64,000 nt of DNA. Origin: Phoronis australis (lineage: Eukaryota > Animalia > Phoronida). Location: NCBI GenBank assembly GCA_002633005.1, contig NMRA01000014.1, positions 1,648,504 to 1,712,503 on the forward strand, written 5' to 3'. Position numbers and translations under genes: made by a program. The notes beneath the pieces are model-generated. The model saw only the letters and a program-made list of their open reading frames with translations, was not told the DNA's origin and did no database searches. This document shows, in pieces, positions 55,301 through 64,000 of this stretch; the first letter of the stretch is position 1, and every line of letters starts with the position of its first letter.

Positions 55301-58300
55301 AACAAGCCATATTTGCAAAGGGCCCATCTTTGCGCATGCCTACTAAATAACTGTTACCTTCGCTCTTTAAAATGGCGGTATGATTCGCCAAAATACATGT
55401 ATGGCCTTCCCTTCATTTAGTCGTTAGAATAAAAAGATACGAGATGGGACAGCAAAATTCGCATCCGTTGTTCCGAAAAAAAAATTGTCTGGCATGGATG
55501 GAACCATCGAAAACGTTACATAATTTTTACTTTTTGGATAACTACCAATGTTCAATTCACTCAAAGCCCCTAAAATCAATGTAATATGTCGGAGGTTTGT
55601 ATCATTTCAACATAGCTGTTGTCATTCCCTACATGGAAATTTTCTTGAAAGCCAAGTCCATAGAGTTACGTCAACTGGTACATTTTTTTATATCAAAACT
55701 GCAAAAACCGTAACTTTGGGACTTAAATCGAGACCATAGTTCAACTTGATGCGGGCGGCGCTTTTTTGGAGTAGCGCGTACAGGAACATACCATAGAATC
55801 AATCGCGTTTTTAACATAAACTGAACAAAATTTCGCTAAGCACGTACCGATAACGTTGGTGCATAGCTTTGACTAAATGAAAGACCTTCATGGTTATTTG
55901 GCGGTGAGCCCGAACGTGTCTCCTGCAAAAGAAATTGGTTCGGAAGTAAATAAACTTGTCCAAAACTTGCATTTCAAATATAAATACGTATAAAACTACA
56001 ATATCCTTACAAAAAAGCCAACTGGCAATTTTGAATTCTTTTTTCCAGCGGTCCGATTCATGAAAAGTGACTCATGACTTAAGACCAAAAATTTGTTTAA
56101 GTGCAGAAAATACATTTTGATTAGCACCAAGTCGGTTTTCGGTCATTAGTCGTTTTTTGTTATTGGTGAGCATGTAAACACTCTCGCCAACAGTTGCAAA
56201 TTCGCAAATTTACGGGAGGTGATTTGCGAAATCCGATGTCAAATACAATATTGACTTTCAAACTCTAATTAGGGATTTTTTGCAACATTTGGATGCAAGC
56301 GGGACTAAGTTTACTTGAGAAGATCCTGGTATGGCTGGAAAACATCACTTCAAATGTGCACGTACACCTGTAGGTCGCACTGAGTTGTCTCTACTACATG
56401 TATGCTTTGCCGGTTCTCGAATCGAAAGTAGACAATCTTCAATTTGATAGCAGCGTTTGGGGCCATTAGATTGTACAATATTGAGAACAATAGCGACGAA
56501 ACGTGTTCTTAAACGGTTCACAGAGATGGCAGATATAATGTATGGTCATTTAGACCGGAAATACAGTCTTAAACCTACCACAAAGACTAAATTTCTGCCA
56601 TAACTTGCTGACTCTGGTCTTAGTTTTGGTCTTAAGAAATATCAGATTCGTCTTGAAAGGATACCAAGCGCGGTTTTGAGGTACTAAAACCGATTTTCCC
56701 GTTCAATTTTCTGGAACAAAATAATGCTCTCTAACCCACGACAACTCTCAAATGTTTGTAGGAAATTTGAAAACTCCTTTAAAGTCTGCTAAACAGGTAA
56801 GCGTGGCCTAGTCGCATTTAGCGAAGTACAAGTCTGTTCGAAAAACCTCCCGCCAAGGAATATAATGTCCAATTTGTGAGAGGGTAAGGGTTTTAGTTGA
56901 TTCCTGCTTTTATCTTACACGATTGACGCCAATACTACATTAGCAGGCGTCAAAATGAAGATTGGTTAAAATCACCAAAACAGGGTTAATTATCCTTATA
57001 TCAAAATGTTTCTTCAAGAAAAATGCGTTTGCTTTTAGAAAAAACGAGCTTCGGCAAGACGTTGAACTTAGCGCGTGCCTGCTAAGCGACACTCAGACGA
57101 CTGCGGCCTCTGGTGTCACAGACGTTTGCGTTTGTGTTTAAAATGAAACTGGAAGTATGTTGCTGTTTTAACTTACCACGTGAACGAGAATGTCTCCGTC
57201 TATTAAATGAACCCCATGTACGCCTAGAATAGAGATGAAAATATTAGGCTGGCTCGTTACAGCACAAGCTACATTTTTTCATATTTTTTCAAAATTTTTA
57301 GATATACAGTGTAGTTACAATTTTGATTCCTCAATAGAAATACTGACAGTACTTTTCAGAAGAAGTGGACGAAATCATCAAGGAATTTAAAAAGCCATGA
57401 AATTGACTCAGAAATAGCCAAAATTTTTGCTCTAAAGTTTGCGGATTTTCGACATGGCATGTCATTGAATGTTAACCTCCGTTTCAATCGTTGAGACTGA
57501 ACTGGAAAAACGATCGACAATTTGATGTGGTTGTCATGGCAGCATTTTTAAAACAGTGAATGTCACGGTTAATGTTCATGTAGTCGGACTTGAAAAAACA
57601 TGTGTCTTGAGCTTGTCTACTTACATACAATTCTCTTGATGACTGCAAGCTAAGTTTCACAGCCTACATTTGGATTAAAATGCCTTCCAGCAAACAAATA
57701 TACAGAAATCTTCGGCAGTTTGATTAGTTGTTTCCATGAATTTAAAGTAGCATTTCGCACTGTTTTGCTGGTTCCGAACATACTGTATATAGTGGAGGAG
57801 TTGCAATTCCATGTTCCACTGTCATAGGTGCAAACCTCGTTGATCAAGATCCAAATGGCAGAAACGTTGGTATTGAGATTGTTGTAGACAACACCAGTGG
57901 CGGATCCAGGATTTTGAGTTAGAGGGGCAAGGGCAGACTACTAGCTCAGGATTTTACCCGTCAGACATTCAAACACCTGAACTGCCAAATGTACTCTACA
58001 AAAATGTTATGGGGTGCATGGCCCTCTTGCCTCCCGCCCCCCCTAAATCCGCCACTGAACACCACGTGTGTTTTAACCGTTTACTTTGCCAAACGAAAAT
58101 GCTGCCCAATTAGCATTTTTAGATGAACTAGACATTTTATTTAAACCTAAAAGTAGTAACCATTTTTCTGTGCAGGGGATTTTAACTTTCCCTCAGCAGA
58201 AATTGACGAAAACGGATTGAGAGACAAAAATTGCAAGTAAGTGGTTTTAGACCGTATAAACAGGTTAATCAAAAAGCTTGACCTTCTGGATGTTTGGAGG

Positions 58301-59982
58301 CATCAAAATCCAGACATGAAGCAATTTATTCGGCCATGCAAGTCTTTTAAATTGAAAAACAGAATTGAGTACCGGCTTTGCTCCAAGTTTTTAAGGGACA
58401 GTTTCAAAGCAGTGCGTTTAAAAATTTTTGTTAAATATGACCAATTTAAACGATATTTGTAGTTTTTGGAAAACTTGAGAAAAGCCTTTCAGAAAAGAAT
58501 ATTTATATAAGAAATATTGCGGAAGTTATAACGAAGTTTGTTGAGTAACTTGCGGAGTCAAACAATAAACCTGCAACATGGAAATTTATGAAAATAAAAA
58601 TCAGGCAATTCACCACATTTTTGACAGCAAAAACAACTAGATTAGTAAATTATTAAAATGATGAACTTGAAAGTCACAATTGAATTAGCGATGCCACGAG
58701 AAACACCAAATGAACATGCGGCTAGTTTATGCCAATGTTGCCTTGTCAGATGTTACTACTCCAAAGATACGCCGGGGCTTCACAACTCCGAAGGTTAACT
58801 ACTCCGACCGTTCACCTTTCTGAGTGTTGCTTCTCTGAATGTTTGCTAATGAGGCCGAACTGACATGGATAACGTACTGCATTTATGTCCATTTAGGCAA
58901 GACTAGCAGAGACACTGTAGACTAGTACAGTACATGCAGTTTCTATCGTGCGCGTGGTTCCGGTGCGGTGGGTGGGTATGATAAGCTGTACATCAACTTA
59001 ACTGTAGCGCAGCGAAATGGTGCGATCGGGACATGGGTTTGGCTAATGTATCGTGGTTGACAATTCATTAATATCTTTAATTCACATTTGCTACAAAATG
59101 CAAGTGGGCTCTCTTTTTTCCATGTTTCATATGTTTCGAATCCCAATTTCACAGGCGCAAGGAACACAAGAAAACAGCATTAGACCCCGAGCATTGTTTT
59201 CATTAGGTACACCGCTGCATCTAAAAAACGAAGTGTTGTGCATTTATGCATGTAGCAAAATGAACATTAAACCTGAGTCCCAAAGTTTACATATTTTCGA
59301 AATAGGTATTATTTAAAGCAGTGAACCTTCCGTACCCACGGCGTCATGAACCATCGGAGAAGTAGGCTTCTCCCAACAATTGTTGTATTTCTAGTCTCTT
59401 ACTTGAGCTCTCTTCTCAGCTACGTCAGACAGACAGCTCAGCCGTGTCCTTAAAAGGACATATCGTCAAGAAAATTATTTACTGGCTGAATCCCCGCGGT
59501 TGCAGTCTAACGCTCTGCTGGCGGAACTAAACCCCATTCGATAAATGACTGATTATTTCAAGCATGTTCAACTGGTAGAGATGTCCGTCAGACCACCTCA
59601 AGATTCTAACACAATCGCAAAACGCAACGGATTTTGTTGATTCATTGCTCTGGTCAAATCTAATACATTCAAGAGGTCTATCCCATCCAATAAGAACCCA
59701 AGAATTGCGTTTTCCTGCCGAAAAACCGTTAAGGTTCGATTGTCTGGCATTAAAACCAGGATCTGAATGCGGGTCTTCCAACTGGGAATCCGACCTGAAG
59801 CTCAAATCACTAATAGATATTGTCTCTCTCTTACGTCACAATGCTAATATGCAAGACATGCAAAGCTAAAACCGCAAACCTCCGACAAACAGAACATGTA
59901 CTGTCACGCAAAACTTACCTCTGTTCTCTTCAGGGTTGCGGCCCCGTTCTAATAGATTTCCTAAACTTTTTCGAAATAGACT
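31203..59982 (-). CDS. Astacin-family (M12A) zinc metalloprotease: prodomain-astacin-Sushi-MAM-MAM-MAM (meprin-like, 5' partial, 19 exons)
   Basis: Hand-spliced exons 59982-59919, 57223-57177, 54186-54108, 52337-52214, 51077-50902, 49854-49627, 48438-48262, 47749-47600, 47155-47053, 46035-45879, 44879-44762, 44387-44238, 41426-41350, 40761-40585, 38955-38832, 37400-37248, 36762-36631, 36395-36223, 31304-31203. All are GT-AG and phase-consistent; 2511 nt = 836 aa plus TGA. Motifs: [32 protein letters not shown], a 4-Cys CCP and three CxFE...DIxxDD MAM repeats. Confidence 0.92.
31620..33920 (+). mobile_element. 5'-truncated non-LTR retrotransposon (LINE, RTEX-like by inference), frameshifted reverse transcriptase
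   Basis: ORF pieces 31558-32463, 32469-32936, 32929-33180 and 33259-33714 carry RT motifs ([22 protein letters not shown], shifted-frame [20 protein letters not shown]) and a C-terminal CxxC…H…C finger. Ends in AATAAA plus a (TTAC)n tail at 33901-33920. 5' boundary approximate. Confidence 0.93.
34480..35522 (-). mobile_element. 5'-truncated L2/CR1-group LINE (3' end of ORF2 and 3' UTR)
   Basis: [15 protein letters not shown]…KFLGLTLD…[13 protein letters not shown]…WG…QNRAAR, frameshift into ORF 34790-35011 (APAYLS…RSF…WN), A-rich (TAAA/CAAA)n tail near 34480-34508. Confidence 0.9.
36223..36395 (-). CDS. Astacin protease exon: MAM3 part 3 (GSLRI…VWERSGQQ…W…PFR)
   Basis: tttag / gtaagg, phase 1-0, contains an insertion relative to MAM1 and MAM2. 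Confidence 0.88.
36631..36762 (-). CDS. Astacin protease exon: MAM3 part 2 (GMYIYVDAS…ARLVS…[10 protein letters not shown])
   Basis: MAM consensus, ttgcag / gtatac, phase 1-1. Confidence 0.93.
37248..37400 (-). CDS. Astacin protease exon: MAM3 part 1 ([10 protein letters not shown]…WTRNHGPT…TGPIGDHT)
   Basis: MAM consensus, tgtag / gtgggt, phase 1-1. Confidence 0.93.
38832..38955 (-). CDS. Astacin protease exon: MAM2 part 4 ([27 protein letters not shown])
   Basis: DIxIDD…G.C motif, poly-T acceptor / gtaagt, phase 0-1. Confidence 0.93.
40585..40761 (-). CDS. Astacin protease exon: MAM2 part 3 ([19 protein letters not shown]…[12 protein letters not shown])
   Basis: Strong MAM consensus, aacag / gtacgg, phase 0-0. 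Confidence 0.93.
40907..41163. mobile_element. Harbinger-like MITE, same TIR family as 50248-50514
   Basis: ttttatgaaaagtaact … agtcacttttcatgaaa; ends approximate. Confidence 0.6.
41350..41426 (-). CDS. Astacin protease exon: MAM2 part 2 ([23 protein letters not shown])
   Basis: MAM consensus, tttag / gtaagt, phase 1-0. Confidence 0.92.
42004..42162. mobile_element. MITE family C (CATGGGYGGCGCARCA TIR), 5-bp TSD TAACA
   Basis: tatgggcggcgcagca…tgttgcgccacccatg; taaca at 41999-42003 and 42163-42167; internal duplicate of ggcggcgcagcactga. Confidence 0.8.
44160..44222. repeat. (CAC)n-like low-complexity tract
   Basis: caccatcaccgccgccacc…caccaccacca…cacctccacc, intronic, next to a MAM2 exon. 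Confidence 0.65.
44238..44387 (-). CDS. Astacin protease exon: MAM2 part 1 ([11 protein letters not shown]…[10 protein letters not shown])
   Basis: MAM consensus, tttcag / gttagt, phase 1-1. Confidence 0.9.
44762..44879 (-). CDS. Astacin protease exon: MAM1 part 4 ([20 protein letters not shown])
   Basis: DIAIDD motif, ttttcag / gtaagt, phase 0-1. Confidence 0.93.
45879..46035 (-). CDS. Astacin protease exon: MAM1 part 3 ([15 protein letters not shown]…SGNKGERW…PFQ)
   Basis: MAM F.Y.M.G...G.L.V and G..G..W motifs, phase 2-0. Confidence 0.92.
47053..47155 (-). CDS. Astacin protease exon: MAM1 part 2 (GHYMFLEAS…GDKARLISP…CL)
   Basis: MAM consensus, tag / gtaagc, phase 1-2. Confidence 0.93.
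47600..47749 (-). CDS. Astacin protease exon: MAM1 part 1 ([22 protein letters not shown]…TGPNDDHT)
   Basis: MAM N-terminal consensus, tgcag / gtatac, phase 1-1. Confidence 0.93.
48262..48438 (-). CDS. Astacin protease exon: Sushi/CCP domain ([10 protein letters not shown]…[31 protein letters not shown])
   Basis: Full CCP consensus (4 Cys, NG, Y.C..GF.L.G, C...G.W....P.C); ttttcag acceptor, gtgtgt donor, phase 1-1; this frame is absent from the ORF track. Confidence 0.9.
49195..49376 (-). mobile_element. tRNA-derived SINE
   Basis: Minus strand head gtctgatTTGGCTCAGTGG…ggtcccGGGTTCCAGTCC has A-box and B-box at tRNA-like spacing, without a full cloverleaf; 3' end approximate. Confidence 0.65.
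49627..49854 (-). CDS. Astacin protease exon: Met-turn region and domain end ([10 protein letters not shown]…[21 protein letters not shown])
   Basis: tttcag / gtgagt, YDYxSxxHY and GQR..LS..D...N.LY.C motifs, phase 1-1. Confidence 0.95.
50248..50514. mobile_element. Harbinger-like MITE (TTTCATGAAAAGTGACT TIR)
   Basis: tttcatgaaaagtgact at the left, agtcacttttcatgaaa at the right; related copies near 40907-41163 and 56048-56665. Confidence 0.7.
50902..51077 (-). CDS. Astacin protease exon: zinc-binding site ([10 protein letters not shown]…[19 protein letters not shown])
   Basis: Full astacin signature HExxHxxGFxHExxRxDRD; ggcag / gtgagt, phase 2-1. Confidence 0.96.
52214..52337 (-). CDS. Astacin protease exon (…[28 protein letters not shown]…)
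   Basis: tgcag / gtgagt, TCIRF..R...DY motif, phase 1-2. Confidence 0.93.
54108..54186 (-). CDS. Astacin protease exon: activation site and catalytic domain start ([26 protein letters not shown])
   Basis: ttttcag / gtaagt, W...VP(F/Y) astacin N-terminal pattern, phase 0-1. Confidence 0.9.
54439..55747. repeat. Near-identical 654-bp tandem duplication separated by a single N (probable assembly artefact)
   Basis: 54439-55092 and 55094-55747 differ at only a handful of positions; n at 55093 sits exactly at the junction. Confidence 0.9.
56048..56665. mobile_element. Diverged Harbinger-like non-autonomous element
   Basis: Left ttcatgaaaagtgactcatgacttaagaccaaaa pairs with right ttttggtcttaag; ends approximate. 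Confidence 0.5.
57177..57223 (-). CDS. Astacin protease exon: prodomain Asp-switch ([16 protein letters not shown])
   Basis: ttctag acceptor, gtaagt donor, xGDI motif, phase 1-0. Confidence 0.8.
57846..58625 (+). mobile_element. Degenerate L1/Tx1-like LINE fragment (APE endonuclease region), interrupted by a MITE
   Basis: Across frameshifts: [47 protein letters not shown]; these follow the L1/Tx1 endonuclease motif order. Confidence 0.7.
57895..58057. mobile_element. MITE family A, 5-bp TSD AACAC
   Basis: cagtggcggat…atccgccactg; aacac at 57890-57894 and 58058-58062. Confidence 0.88.
59919..59982 (-). CDS. Astacin protease exon: prodomain ([21 protein letters not shown])
   Basis: ttttcag acceptor, gtaagt donor, NPEE motif typical of astacin prodomains, phase 0-1. 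Confidence 0.75.
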
Positions 59983-62900
59983 CTGAAAATAAAATAATCG
60001 ATGTGCATTCATGGTCACCAAACACAAAAAATAACGACATACATGTACATGTACTTAATTTGCCTTGACAGTCTATACCGGAATTACCAATAGCATGGGC
60101 TTGCACAAGCGTTGTTCACGGGTTTTGCCACAGAAATACAAAGTACATGTATGTGATGGTCATCTAGATTTCGATAACCCTTGGAGATTTTAAGAAACAT
60201 CTGGACTTAATATGTGGCGAGTTCAGTGGAAAAGCAACGTTTCATGATAACTACATATTCATGGACTAGTACATTTCAAATGATTGGAACCAGTGACGTA
60301 TTGCTTAGCTATTCCTCGGAAACCAGATTGCTACAGAACAGTTAGTGAAAGCAATAAGCCTACCACAAAGAAAGTTATACCCGATTTGCAAACGCTAAAG
60401 TTTTCGCTATCACAACTACCAGTCATATTGACGCTCACAAGTTACACCTTTGTTGAGTCACCACAAAAACTGCCGGTGTGTTAGCTAGCACTTCTGTAGC
60501 CAGACCACTTACTTAGTCAAAGGACTCACGAGCGCTAGGGACTCCTTCGTCGCAATTTTTAGTTGATATTGAAAGTCTTTGACACCAAGTTTCGCTTAAA
60601 AGCGATTCAGTGGTAAGGAAATAACATGTAACTGCTGGTGAAGTATACTCCTTCTCGGTTAACTTGTCTGTCAAAAACAGTAGCTTGACCCTTTATCCAG
60701 TGGTATTGGTTGCGTTTTCTCTACTCGTTTGCTTGCGTTCTCTCTTCTCGTTTGACCTAGTAGTTAGGTCCAGTCTTGGTTATTGTATCATTTTGGAAAC
60801 AATGACGAATGGGAAGAACCACCGTGATGAAAACCAAAATTGATTACTTCGTCGTACATTATTGACATCCTAAATCCAAACAGGGTTAATCTTAGATGAA
60901 ACACTGGCCAGACACGTTGTTACTTTTGATCGGTTATGATATTAATCAAGGATGCGTAAGCGAAGCAATTTACGTTCATTATCTTATATTAGGTTAATCT
61001 GAGTAGCAGTTTCTTTGAATACAAGACAACAGAAAAACAAAATGCTTTAGTCAGACAAACGAACTGTACGCAAAGGAGTCATCTTCGCCCGCAAATAATG
61101 AGATTTATGGCACTCTGACATAAATACTATTATCTGGGCAAATTCTGTTCTACAGCCCTTCAGCCTTCATATCCAATTCCTACTTAGTTCCTATCTAGTC
61201 CGATGGTAGCGCTGGTTGATCTTTCTGTCCAGTTCCGGATGGCCCAGCCTCAACCAACAGTGCATTCACTCGCAAGTTTTTCCCAATCAGACAATTTTAT
61301 ACCCATTTGGTACTTATCATAGGATTTGTCGTTTTGTTCGACCGACTTGGTAGGCAATTTGCCAATACCCATTTGGTTTTATGTACACACCTGGTACTAC
61401 ACTAACCTGTCACCTGTGCCACTTAGTATCCGATACTCAATTACACATTGGGTATCGCAAATGCGTGTGTTATCTCTTGTAATTCTGGTACCCATCTGGT
61501 ACATTCTGTGAAATAATTATTTGTAGAGTTGTGACGCTGAAATTCCCAATACAACCTAAAATATATATTATTCTTGTGGTGTTTTAATTGTCCCCAATAA
61601 TTCCTCTCTCTCAGCACCCTGAACTCTTTGAAAGCTACGTCGGACCTTGTCAACAGGTTTGTGTATTGAATCAAATATCTACAAGACAATCGATACACGA
61701 CTTTGAATGCAAAACGCTGGTAAAATTTGATTCTTGACTGTTTACCAATCTGCCATTATTTGGCTATGTTCTTTTGCAGATTTAATAAACTTGATAGGAA
61801 AGCAGCAGGATCAGTAACACAATCAATTTTCATTTGATATAATTGTTGGATGAAAATTTTCTGAATTATCATGTCGTTTCTATTTGATGCAACTTTTGAC
61901 TTATTTTCATAGTATTGACAAACCCTCCAGTAAAAGGGGATTAATTAACATTACATCGTTTGAAGAAAAGTTCACAAAGCATAGTATTTGAATTTTTAAC
62001 ATTAATCAGACCAGTTATTATGATCTATTCCAAAGGTAGCCAAACTGGACATTTTCTAAGGACTGCTACACAACCTGAAGAGGAGTTTGTTGTCAGAGCA
62101 CATTCGCACTTTGTCACAAATTGGATTAATGAAGCGATAACGTGATGCCTATTACCCCTGCCCTTTAGATCATTAGCGATGTGGCAACAGAATGCTAGCA
62201 AAAACGTCATCAGATAGCGCGTAATTCTAACCGCCGGTAAAGCACCAACAAATTTATCACTTGTAACTGTTGACAAGATCGGATGTTATTCTATTAGCGA
62301 AAGCGATTGCGAAAGCACTAAAATGCTATCGTTTTAGCCAGTTTGTGAAAGAGTGTATTAAAAGAATATTTTGCTCAGTCTCAACAATTTCACCGTGACT
62401 AAAACCTGAATCTGTTACATGTCAGTGCTGAACTAGTAGTCCTACGATCATCGCCTGAGCCACAATACACTATTCAACAAAAACACGTCCACGGATTGTC
62501 ACATCTCGGAGAAATGCTATAGCTCGATGAGGACAGCTTTAAGCCAAAAATCCGTCGAGAAACTCGCCTCAGAGATTAGTCATACAGTCTGTTAATTAGC
62601 AAATATTGTAAGAAGCTTTAAAACTTGCCCTCAACTGTACATGGCTGAAAAGTTGTATTATTTTGTTTCAAAGAGTTTGTGATCCATTAGTGGTGACACT
62701 GTGTCTCTTAACTCGACTAAAACAGAGTTTAAATCTACTGCTCTTTCAAATTACAAACCTGTATGTCATGAATTTAAATCAAAGTCAGTGCCTATAATAG
62801 TTTGCTTATAAGATAGACGTGTTTTACACGAAAGCAACGCGCCTTTATGATTAAAATTGCATACTACAACCTTTTGAGACCGACTAAATGCCCCGGCCGA

Positions 62901-63751
62901 TATTAACCGGATAGAAAAACTCCACGCCCAAAGTCAATATATCTCATAAGCAAGAAGGAAATGGGCTAATGACGTAATTCATGCACGATTAATTTTTCAT
63001 TCCCACAACAAAAAAACCACAATTTTGCTGGATTCACTATTTACAGTGCTCTAGTTAGTATTTTTAGTATAAATAATTCCATATATATTGTCTCGAGAAT
63101 TGTCGGTCATATGTCCACGAGTCGCGTGAAGAACAGGCAAGAAAGTCTTGGCATAATTTAATTATTAATCAAAAGTAAAGGATATTGACGTCATCATATT
63201 CTTCAGAGAGTTCCTTTCGAAGTCAATTGCTTGGTGAACAATGCACCCGGACGCTATGAAAACAGTTTTAAATCAAACTGGCCCACACCTATGAAGGCAT
63301 TGATTTTAAATGGAACCTGTCATTATTTCCACAAAGCAGCACAGGCCCCAGTGAACCCTGATTGAAACTGCGCAAGTGTAAATGGCTTCTGGGATTATAT
63401 TGGCGATTCCGCTTAAAATTGCCCCTCTTTATGATTACTAAGGGTCTTGGGAGATTATACATTATAAAATAAAAAGTATCTCACTACCACGCAGATTTTG
63501 CGCGTGGTTTGAGGTGAACTATCCTTCCCAACAACCACAGAAAATTAACTATTTCCAAACTTTTGAAAATTGACGAGAACTACAGAACATTTGAGTGAGT
63601 CAGTCGCAATTTATACCCAAATGTCGTTAACACTATTACGAACCTAAATTCTTTGGTACGCAAGCGCATGATCGTTTTCTTACAGTAGTGCAAAAATTGC
63701 GTAAAAGTGCGCGTGCAGACGAGAACGTAAGTCTGTTTAATTTACAAATGT

Positions 63752-64000
63752 GGGGCCCGTTCCAAGAAACTGACTTAAGTTCATTTTTGACTTAAGTCTA
63801 AGATTTGTCTTAACTTCCATGCTTTGAAACTTCCACATACGGCAAGATAGTTAAAATTAAGACAAAACTTTTGTCAAAAACTTAATTCAAACTTAAGATC
63901 TCTTTCTTGAAACGGTCTCGAGACAAATTGAAGTTTTATCTTAAAATTTTCTAAAATTTAAGATTTGTCTTAGCTAAGTCAGTTTTGTTGGAACGGGCCC
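63752..64000. mobile_element. PIF/Harbinger-like MITE reaching the window end
   Basis: TIR gggcccgttccaagaaactgactta / taagtcagttttgttggaacgggccc; right TSD lies outside the window. Confidence 0.8.

Noticed and set aside
54893-55739. Twin 63-aa ORFs that look like a duplicated small gene
   Set aside because: Intronic, no domain, and produced by the N-split duplication.

Overview
AT-rich animal genomic DNA, probably a lophotrochozoan invertebrate (inferred from the innexin type and repeat content). It carries two host genes, both on the minus strand. (1) An innexin with a single-exon 402-aa CDS at 3280-4488; its splice-acceptor plus ATG module is tandemly triplicated just upstream. (2) A multi-exon astacin (M12A) metalloprotease that the ORF track mostly misses. 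I assembled 19 GT-AG exons by hand (59982 down to 31203, all phases consistent, 836 aa), giving prodomain - astacin - Sushi/CCP - MAM - MAM - MAM, with an intact HExxHxxGxxH zinc site but Leu in place of the Met-turn Met. Its signal-peptide exon(s) could not be placed with confidence. The rest is intron and intergenic DNA with many transposon relics: two truncated LINEs in the last protease intron, two Tx1/L1-like relics, a tRNA-derived SINE, four MITEs with exact 5-bp TSDs, Harbinger-like and TTAA (Kolobok-like) elements, a long-TIR element and THAP-like remnants. A 654-bp duplication split by an N is probably an assembly artefact. I found no CRISPR array, rRNA or canonical tRNA, and no convincing wholly new multi-gene system. 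The best leads are the protease architecture and active-site variant, and the innexin 5' triplication.
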